Below are positions 16,945 through 24,000 of a DNA stretch of 24,000 nt, one piece after another. The DNA is from an uncultured Chloroflexia bacterium (GTDB taxonomy: Bacteria; Chloroflexota; Anaerolineae; CG2-30-64-16): NCBI GenBank assembly GCA_963774265.1, contig CAVZDU010000002.1:663694-687693 (forward strand). The letters are read 5' to 3'. Position 1 is the first letter of the stretch, and each line of letters begins with the position of its first letter. The translations under genes were made by a program, and so were the position numbers. The notes under the pieces were generated by a model. The model ran no database searches, was not told the DNA's origin, and saw nothing but the letters and a program-made list of their open reading frames with translations.

Positions 16945-19375
16945 TCACGGCCGATTGTGTTTGGTAGCGGTCGCGACCCAGTGGCGGGTGGAGACACCCC
17001 GCACCACCAGAGGCAAGTAAACGAGGCGCCTCTCTTTCACGCTGATATAAGCGGCTTTCGTCTCGCTGTCGCTGCCGCCCAGGCCACTAACCGTAAGGGT
17101 AGGGGTATAGATCCCCGGAACCGTGTAGGTGTGAGTGGGGTTGCAGTTGTTGCTTCCAGGGCTGCCGTCGCCAAAGCTCCAGGCGCAGGTGTCATGGGTG
17201 CCGGTGGAGAGATTGGTAAACACGACCGACAGTGGAGTCGATCCGGCCAGCGGCCACGCACTGAACTCTGCCACCGGTTGAAGCCGCCAATTCACCCTAT
17301 TGCTAACCGCCCCATCCAGGTTGTTGACCACCCTCAGGTCCCCTATGCTGCCGCTGAACTGGTTGGCGGACATGCCGCCGCGGACCTCGTTATCATGCAC
17401 TCCGCTTCCCGCACCGCCAACAATCTCTGCCCCGTACTGCGCGCCAGCGGTTGAGTTGAGCGTGAGCGAGATGTTTTCGACCGTGTTGGAATAGACCTGC
17501 CGCGTTCCCGTTCGCAGCCAGGCCACCTACCACATACAGGCTCTTGGCCTCCGGGCTGGTAGAGATCGCTGTCACCCTGTTATTGCGCACGATGAGATTC
17601 GCCACGCGGTTGCGGACCGCCACCGTGTCCTGTTCTACTCGGGCGCCATAGACCCACATGCCGATTTCCCGAAAGCCTTCCACGGCGTTGTCGGTAATGG
17701 TTAAGTCGCTCACCCAGTTATCGCTGAGGCCGGCTACGCCTTGTTCAGCGCTCCTTTCAAAACCGTTGCCTACCACTATGCCGAGGCCGGTGTTGCTTAT
17801 GGTGTTGCCGTGCAGCAACACGCCGGACACCCCATTGTGGTGGTTTCCGAGATCGCTCGTCCCGGCAGCCCCAATAATTCGGATGCCGCGGTCCAGGTTG
17901 GCGATGGTGTTGTGGGTCATGGTGATCGATTCGACGGTGTTGGAGAAAACGTGACCGTTGGCACCGTCGGGGTTGATTTCACCGCCGACCAAGTGGATGC
18001 CGGTATTGTCGGAACTGCCAGCTGCGCCCTCGACCCGGTTACCGGATATCAGGATATCGCGGAGCACATTCCCCTCCACTTGCGCCATACCATTGGTCAT
18101 GCCACCGTTCAACCAGATGCCGGTACGCCAATTGGACACGCCCAGGATGGTATTGCTCAGCACCTCTACGTGTTCCATCAGATTGTTGACGTTGCCTACA
18201 CCACCATAAGTAATCTCATCGCCGCCGGCTCCCAGGCTAATACCCCGCGCAGTGTGAACAAGCAGGTTGTTGCGGATGGATATGGATGAAATGGAATTGT
18301 CGTGGGTAGCCTGCCCGTCGGTGTCATGGATCTCGGCTGCCGTAACCAGGGTGATGCCGCCGCCGTTGACCGAGTTGCCCACAATCTCGACGTTTCGCAC
18401 GTGGCAATTACCGTTGCCCATGTTGGCGGCATGAAGCTTGATTTGTCCCACAGTGTTACCCGAGATCACCACATTGGAGACCAGGCCGCCATCCGAATAA
18501 CCCGGGGGAGAGCCTGGCAGGTTGGTGTCACAGGGGTTGAATACGATACTGTCGCCCACCTGGTTGTTGACGACGGTCATGGACAGGATGCGGTTATTGT
18601 CGAGGCCATCGGCGCCGGCGTAGAACAAGAAACCGCCGTCGATCCCGAGCTGGTTATTGGCGAAGGTGAAATTCTGCCAGGTAATATTGGACGCACCCTG
18701 GTTCCACCCCAACGGACCGACCATGATCGCCGTCCTCGCGCTGAGGATGTTGTTCGAGATCACGTTGCCTGAGATCACATTGCCCGAGATGATGGCGCTG
18801 GCTCCCGAGTAGCCGTTCGGTACCGGAAAATCAATGCATGGATCGCATTCCGTCATCTTGAGGCCGGTCACCAGGTTGTCATCCGACCAGATCGAGAGCC
18901 CCTTGCCGATTGCCGAGCCGTGCAGGGTGATGTCCGGAACGCCGTCGTGGTTCCAGTCGCCATTGAGGGTCAGGCCGCTGCCCAGGAGAAAAGGAAAGAA
19001 GCTGCCAACGCCCAAGGAGATGACGGCGCCGGACAGGCCGGGAGAAAAGGTGATGGTTTCTGGCCCGGCATCGTTGTTCGAAGCCAGCACTGCCTCTCGC
19101 AATGAGACCCCGTCGGCGCCGGGGTTGGCCAACAGGTTGGCCACGCTGGAGGTGTTGCCATTCTCCACGTCGCTGGCATTGGTCACCATGATGACCGGGT
19201 TGTCAGCAGGAGCTTCTGGTTTGGTATCCGAGGCGGCGAAACTGGCCGCGCGCACCGGGCTGGCTTGAGCCGCCAGAGCCAGGAGGCCGAATAGGGCAAA
19301 CAGGGCGAACAGCGCACCGGCACAGGCCAAAGAGACCAGGGATAGCCGGGTGAATCGGGATTGGACCATGAGCAT
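16945..19375 (-). pseudogene. Large secreted right-handed beta-helix repeat protein with a C-terminal PKD domain; one +1 frameshift
   Basis: Two ORFs (17393..19474 and 16945..17526) join as ...SLYVVGG / ...QVYSNTVENISLTLN. Many N/G-rich repeats of about 22 aa, such as NNxIxxN. PKD-like segment STPLSVVFTNLSTG...WSFGDGS...HTYTVPGIYTPTLTVS. The likely start is the ATG at 19375, after AAGGAG, followed by a signal peptide. Confidence 0.8.
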
Positions 19376-19488
19376 AGACTCCTTATCGCGGACCTCGCGG
19401 GACCAAACGACTCTGACGGCCGCGTGGCTCAGCGCGAATCCGCTCGATCGCCAGGTACGGATGGAATCTGACAAATGGAGGGTTGCGA

Positions 19489-19785
19489 TAAGCCAACACT
19501 GCGAAAGGCCGGAAGCCCCTTGAGCAGATGCACGACAGGCTGCACGTAGGGTGTTTTGGAGACAGATGGCAGACTGGTTGGGCTATGGAAGCCTATGGCA
19601 ACGTAGGTATTATCGCACAGAGATCGGCAATCGTGAAGCGGCGCGCTAAATCCGGTCGTTCTCCGGCGGCGGATCGTAGATGACGATCTCCGGGCCGGCG
19701 TGGCCGTCCTCGTCGGCGAGCCGCGCGGTCCAGTCGTAGCCATCGCGGATCACCTCGACCACGCTTCAGCCGGGTGGCAGCTTTG
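19489..19785 (-). repeat. Promoter-bearing repeat, copy B (297 bp)
   Basis: Direct repeat of 21969..22291. The -35 TTCACG is at 19632..19637 and the -10 GATAAT at 19609..19614 (minus strand, 17-nt spacer). It lies upstream of the beta-helix gene. Confidence 0.85.
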
Positions 19786-20012
19786 GAGAACCAATACCAG
19801 AGCGCACACAGCGAGTTGCGGTTGGTCATTATTGTATCATCGCGTGAACCAGGCACCAACCGGCACGACTGGCGGGGAGTTGTGCGACGCCCACAAGGGG
19901 ATCATGACGTGAACCTCAAAAGCTGGACACAGCGTACGGCAGGACATGGCTGTGCTATACTCACTGCAGAATCTGCGGTCGTCACTCGCAATAACGAGTC
20001 AGGAGTTGAAGT

Positions 20013-20543
20013 ATGGGGATCACAAAAATCAAGATCAATCGTGCCCCTGTGTTGACGCTGTGGGCCGTGGTCGTGGCAGAGCGGTTGGGCTACGAGAAGG
20101 ACACTGCCTTGACTCTGGGCAAGGCCGTTGCGGCACTCAACGCGCAAGCCAAAGGCCGGCGATTAGGAATCTACGAAGCGAAGACCGAAGCCGAGAAGGC
20201 GGAAGACCGAGGGAAAGAAATGCCTGTCGGGGTGGAGTACATCGATATCCTGGGGCGAGGCATTCCAGCCATCAGGACACCGCAGGGGCTGCGCGCCGCG
20301 ATCGACGGGGAAGTGATCCGTGCCGAGAGCGTCGAGACATATCTCCAGCAGAAATTCGGAGCTGATCTCGACGAAACGCGTACCGCAATGCAGACGCTGG
20401 CAAAGGCACATGCGCCAACAGAACTGGCAAGCAGAGCGTACGAGCTCTACGAGAAGTTCCGCCCAAAGATTCCAGAAGGAACGAGAGGTTGGGGTGCAAA
20501 GGGCGAACTGGATTTGGACTTCATCCGCTCACTGGCAAAATAG
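20013..20543 (+). CDS. Conserved-looking hypothetical protein
   Basis: 176-aa ORF with an AGGAG RBS 7 nt upstream and balanced composition. I recognise no family. Confidence 0.75.
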   Translation: MGITKIKINRAPVLTLWAVVVAERLGYEKDTALTLGKAVAALNAQAKGRRLGIYEAKTEAEKAEDRGKEMPVGVEYIDILGRGIPAIRTPQGLRAAIDGEVIRAESVETYLQQKFGADLDETRTAMQTLAKAHAPTELASRAYELYEKFRPKIPEGTRGWGAKGELDLDFIRSLAK

Positions 20544-20583
20544 GCTCAGATAGGCAACAATCCATTTTCGAAAGGAAGAGTGC

Positions 20584-21093
20584 ATGAATTTCCTCGATCT
20601 GATCTCCGCGCGCTACAGTGTGCGCGCCTATAAGCCTGATCCCGTCCCCGATGCGCTGCTGGCACAGGTACTGGAAGCCGCCCGCCTTGCGCCTACCGCC
20701 GCCAACCGCCAGCCCTTCGTGCTGATCGTGCTGCGCACGGCGGACCGGCAGGCCGAGCTCAAGCGCGTTTACGGCCGGGATTGGTTTGTGCGCGCACCCC
20801 TGGTGATCGCGGCCTGCGGCGCGCCGGACCAGGCCTGGGTGCGCCGCGACGGCAAGAACTATGTGGATGTCGACGTGGCAATCACCCTGGATCACCTGAT
20901 CCTGGCCGCTGCCGACCTGGGTCTGGGCACCTGCTGGGTTGCGGCCTTCGACCCCGCGGCAGCTCGCGAGGTCTTGGGCTTGCCGGACTCGGTGGAACCC
21001 ATTGCTTTCACACCCCTGGGCTACCCGGCCGATGTTCTCCGGCCCAAGGAACGAAAGCCATTGGCCGACCTGGTGAGGTATGAACACTGGTAA
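20584..21093 (+). CDS. Nitroreductase-family (FMN-dependent) oxidoreductase
   Basis: 169 aa. The N-terminal RYSVRAYKPDPVPDALLAQVLEAARLAPTAANRQP and the later GLGTCWV motif are typical of the nitroreductase fold. Confidence 0.88.
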   Translation: MNFLDLISARYSVRAYKPDPVPDALLAQVLEAARLAPTAANRQPFVLIVLRTADRQAELKRVYGRDWFVRAPLVIAACGAPDQAWVRRDGKNYVDVDVAITLDHLILAAADLGLGTCWVAAFDPAAAREVLGLPDSVEPIAFTPLGYPADVLRPKERKPLADLVRYEHW

Positions 21094-21401
21094 GGGTTGC
21101 CCATGAGCCAGGGCTCGCCTTGGGGGGTGCGGCGAATGCCCGCGCTGCCGGCTGCAGATCGAAGAGGCGGCGCGGGAGGTAGCGGTTACGGGCGAAGAGC
21201 GTGACGTGATCGACCAGGTGGCGGAGTGGCTGGATCATGCGGAGGAGGTGCTGCTCACCACCACCCCCGCTGCGTCCCGCAGCTCGAGGTGGCTTCACAT
21301 GTGCGACGAGTCTATGTTTCGGTACATGTCATGCACTTCAAGAATTTCGGGTGGCGCTCAGTAAACTGTGTTTAACGTGTGTCAAGCGTTTATGGCTGCC
21401 T

Positions 21402-21842
21402 TTAGACCGGATCACTCCGGCATGCGTAGACTCGTGCGCGCATCCGCAGCCGCGCGCCGTCAATCAGCCCCTCCAGGATACAGAACGTCGCGTTGAGCCA
21501 ACGATATGATTCCGCCTCCGCCTCAAAGATAACACTGAGCAGTTGTTTGCCTTGCTCCTGCTCAAAGACTGTCCGACCCTGGAGCGTAAACATGATGATA
21601 GCGTTATCTTGCGTCACAATGACCCCATGTGCATCAGGTAACATGGTGCCATCACTCCGACGATGCGGGTGGTTCACCCACCGTACCGAGCCCTGTATCT
21701 GAGGACCGGTCACGATCCCATCGCCTTCTCCATATCCGGTGCCTTCCTCGCCACCGTAGGGACGTACAAGCAGAAATTTGTTGGCATAGAGCGGCTCCTC
21801 GCGGTAGATCAACTCCATATCGCACACGTACTCAAGTTGCAT
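21402..21842 (-). CDS. DUF3237-like small beta-barrel protein
   Basis: The ORF opens at 22013, but the ATG at 21842 follows GGAGGTG. The pattern GIVTGPQIQGSVRW...RSDGTMLPDAHGVIVTQDNAII...SYRWLN resembles DUF3237 from memory. Confidence 0.65.
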   Translation of the reverse strand: MQLEYVCDMELIYREEPLYANKFLLVRPYGGEEGTGYGEGDGIVTGPQIQGSVRWVNHPHRRSDGTMLPDAHGVIVTQDNAIIMFTLQGRTVFEQEQGKQLLSVIFEAEAESYRWLNATFCILEGLIDGARLRMRARVYACRSDPV

Positions 21843-21968
21843 CGCTGCACCTCCACATGGCATTGAAACGCGCGACCTATGGGGTAAGAATGTGATCCCG
21901 CCACATATCCTGCACCGGTCGACGATTGACTCGAATTCGCGGGTAACGCGCAAATGCCAGAGTCGCCC

Positions 21969-22291
21969 TAAGCCAACACTGCGGAAGCCCGGAAGCTCCT
22001 TGATAGGATGCACGACAAGTTGCGCACGGTATGTCCTAAACCAGGTGGCCGACTGGTTGGACGACGAGAGCCCAAGGCTACGAGGGCATTATCGCGCACA
22101 ATTCGGTGCTTGTGAAGGGGTGCGCTAAATCCGGTCGTTCTCCCCGGGCGGCTGATGGTTCGGGTTCTCCGGCGGCGGATCGTAGATGACGATCTTCGAG
22201 CCGGCGTGGCCGTGCGCGTCGGCGAACCTCGCGGTCCAGCCATAGCCGTCGCGAATCACCTCGACCACGGTCCATCGGGGCGGCAGCTTTG
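21969..22291 (-). repeat. Promoter-bearing repeat, copy C (323 bp)
   Basis: Direct repeat of 19489..19785 with an internal ~25-bp insertion. The -35 TTCACA is at 22111..22116 and the -10 GATAAT at 22088..22093 (17-nt spacer). It lies upstream of the DUF3237-like gene. Confidence 0.85.
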
Positions 22292-22368
22292 CGGTGACGG
22301 CTTCCAGCCGGGCGCGGATGGTGGCCGTGCACCGGAAGCACTTCCCTACGTTTCGCCGGCTCTTCGAA

Positions 22369-22953
22369 TCAATAGCTGGCGCGCGCTACGATCAGGTTTG
22401 CGTCTTCTTTGCGGCACCACTGGAACACATCGCTGATCGTGTCCGCGGTTCGGATGATGAGCATGGCGCAGACCTGTGCGGGGCCGGGCTTGAATAAGGC
22501 CTGGTCATAGGCCCAGGTCGCAGCGGCAAATTGCTCGGCCCGCCCTGAGCAACGACCCTGCGTCCTACCCTTCGCCAACGCACCGGTCGAGCTCTGGGTT
22601 ACATTGGTCTGGACCTCGTAATCGTCGCCCTTCGTGCAGGCCAGGTGGCCGGTCGCGACGATCTTGCGTCCGTTCTCGCTAAGAACCAGGGGGGTGTTAA
22701 GGCCTGGGTCGGATATGACGCGCCGGGCGCTAATGGTTGTCAGGCGGTTTGAGACCAACTGGAGTTCGCCGTTCCGAGCGGTAGAGTACCGGTCTTGTTG
22801 CGGGTCTGCCGCTGGTCCTGCGTGACCAATCTCATTGAGTTGCAGGCCGGGAATGGAAGCGCCGGACGCACTCCAGACTGTCAGGCCCAGCAGCGCGAGC
22901 GCCACGAGCGCCAGCGCCGCCGCGGTCCCCACACGAAAGATGTGAATTCGCAT
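22369..22953 (-). CDS. Secreted hypothetical protein
   Basis: 194 aa, with a GGAGGAGAGG RBS. The signal peptide is MRIHIFRVGTAAALALVALALLGLTVWSASGA. There are four Cys in the mature part. Confidence 0.75.
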   Translation of the reverse strand: MRIHIFRVGTAAALALVALALLGLTVWSASGASIPGLQLNEIGHAGPAADPQQDRYSTARNGELQLVSNRLTTISARRVISDPGLNTPLVLSENGRKIVATGHLACTKGDDYEVQTNVTQSSTGALAKGRTQGRCSGRAEQFAAATWAYDQALFKPGPAQVCAMLIIRTADTISDVFQWCRKEDANLIVARASY

Positions 22954-23312
22954 CTTACCTCTCCTCCAGGTAGTACAATTGAGCGGCTGGCGCGCTCAGA
23001 TCCATCATAGTAGAAGCAAGTTAAGTCCACGCTCTCAGCAAGGTGCAGTAGCCCAGAACCCCAATCCTATCCGGGTGCGGTCTGCCTGCGACAGGTGTAA
23101 GGGGGAGGCGTTACAGGCGGCGGACGCAACGTATTCCTGGTTGTCCTCGAAGACGGCCGGATCGATGGGCATCGCGAAGGTGGGCAATGCGCTCATTGCC
23201 GCCATCGATTTCGATCATAGAGGAAAATCGGCTCCAGTGGACTCGACAAGAAGTTGTGCAAGAAGTGATACAGACGCCGGGATCTGAGGTCCGGACCTTC
23301 AGGCTGACCCTA

Positions 23313-23341
23313 TTGACAGGCAGGATAGGATATGCTAAAAT
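23313..23341 (+). promoter_or_regulatory. Promoter of the TetR gene (TTGACA, 17 nt, TAAAAT)
   Basis: TTGACA at 23313..23318, a 17-nt spacer, and TAAAAT at 23336..23341. Confidence 0.65.
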
Positions 23342-23343
23342 AT

Positions 23344-23361
23344 AAATCGAACGTTCGATTT
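23344..23361. promoter_or_regulatory. Perfect 18-bp palindrome AAATCGAACGTTCGATTT, candidate TetR operator
   Basis: Read directly from the sequence. It sits between the -10 and the TetR start codon. Confidence 0.7.
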
Positions 23362-23377
23362 GTTTACGAGGAATACC

Positions 23378-23992
23378 ATGCCAAAAGTCAGTGAGGAGTA
23401 TTCGCTAGGTCGTCGGCAGCAGATCATCGATGCAGCCTACCGGTGCATTGCGCGGAAGGGCTTCGGCCAGACGACGATGCGCGATATCTACGAAGAGGCG
23501 GGGCTCAGCCCTGGGGCCGTATACCATTACTTCGAAAGCAAGCACGACATCATTGCTGCCAGTTTCAGCTTCGATTACGAGCGCAGCCTCAGCCTGTTCG
23601 CGGCTGCCGAGCAAAGCGACGATCCGCTGACAGCACTGAACGAGTTGCTGAGCTTCCTCTTTCACGGCCTGCAGGAAGCGGCCGCGATCGGCGCGAGCCG
23701 GGTGAACGTTCAGGGCTGGGGTGAGGCGCTCATCAATCCTGCACTGCACGAGACGGTCAAGAAGGTGCTGGGCATCTACCGGGACATCACGGCCCGAATC
23801 GTTCGGAAGGCGCAGGCAAACGGTCAACTAGATCGCGCGGTGGACCCTGCCGCACTCAGCAGCAGCTTGATATCCCTCTACTACGGTCTGGAACTGCAGC
23901 TGGCCCTGGATCCGGGGATGGACGTGGACCGGTACGCCCACGCGGTCGGGGCCCTGCTCCGGCCGGTGGCAGACCCTGCCCGGAGTGGATGA
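23378..23992 (+). CDS. TetR/AcrR-family transcriptional regulator
   Basis: The ATG at 23378 follows GAGGAA. The N-terminal HTH RRQQIIDAAYRCIARKGFGQTTMRDIYEEAGLSPGAVYHYFESKHDI is a textbook TetR_N signature. Confidence 0.9.
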   Translation: MPKVSEEYSLGRRQQIIDAAYRCIARKGFGQTTMRDIYEEAGLSPGAVYHYFESKHDIIAASFSFDYERSLSLFAAAEQSDDPLTALNELLSFLFHGLQEAAAIGASRVNVQGWGEALINPALHETVKKVLGIYRDITARIVRKAQANGQLDRAVDPAALSSSLISLYYGLELQLALDPGMDVDRYAHAVGALLRPVADPARSG

Positions 23993-24000
23993 AAGAACGA

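Noticed and set aside
21094-21401. Possible gene remnant (...EQHLLRMIQPLRHLVDHVTLFARNRYLPRRLFDLQ) in the convergent gap after the nitroreductase
   Set aside because: The ORF overlaps the nitroreductase 3' end, has no start context, and has no motif I can name. The evidence is insufficient.
22979-23287. 102-aa plus-strand ORF, and a 53-codon minus-strand ORF (MSALPTFAMPIDPAVFEDNQEYV...), in the gap before the TetR promoter
   Set aside because: There is no RBS and no recognisable motif. The plus-strand ORF is R/S-rich, and the minus-strand one is below a length I can support. The region is left as intergenic.
1-24000. CRISPR array or other regularly spaced short repeats
   Set aside because: All repeats found are 2-3 copies with irregular spacing of kilobases and different lengths. 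No repeat-spacer periodicity is present.

Overview
GC-rich bacterial accessory region with AGGAGG-type ribosome-binding sites. A Chloroflexota-like origin is possible, but that is inference only. Left to right: (1) a two-gene cassette, helical hypothetical protein plus trypsin-like serine protease; (2) an ISAs1-family IS; (3) an orphan lipoprotein; (4) a two-ORF IS91-family element (tyrosine recombinase plus Y2 transposase, with the transposase C-terminus frameshifted); (5) a second, divergent tyrosine recombinase; (6) two small membrane proteins; (7) a cobalamin-type radical SAM gene broken by three +1 frameshifts; (8) the mercury-methylation pair hgcA-hgcB, preceded on the same strand by a MarR-type regulator with three vicinal Cys pairs; (9) a secreted glycosidase-like gene cleanly split by an IS5-family IS with a TTA target duplication; (10) a large secreted beta-helix/PKD protein, frameshifted; (11) a hypothetical gene, a nitroreductase, a DUF3237-like gene, a secreted hypothetical gene and a TetR gene. 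Structure not explained by genes: 111-bp inverted repeats (97% identical) bracket the 11.6-kb IS/integrase/hgcAB segment. A 67-nt sequence that starts at the predicted TSS of a perfect consensus promoter recurs 1.5 kb away. A promoter-bearing module occurs three times upstream of unrelated genes, and two of those copies share a further ~115-nt leader. No rRNA, tRNA or CRISPR array was found. Nine inferred single-base frameshifts in four genes mean the window is either indel-prone assembly or decaying DNA, so several calls carry that caveat.
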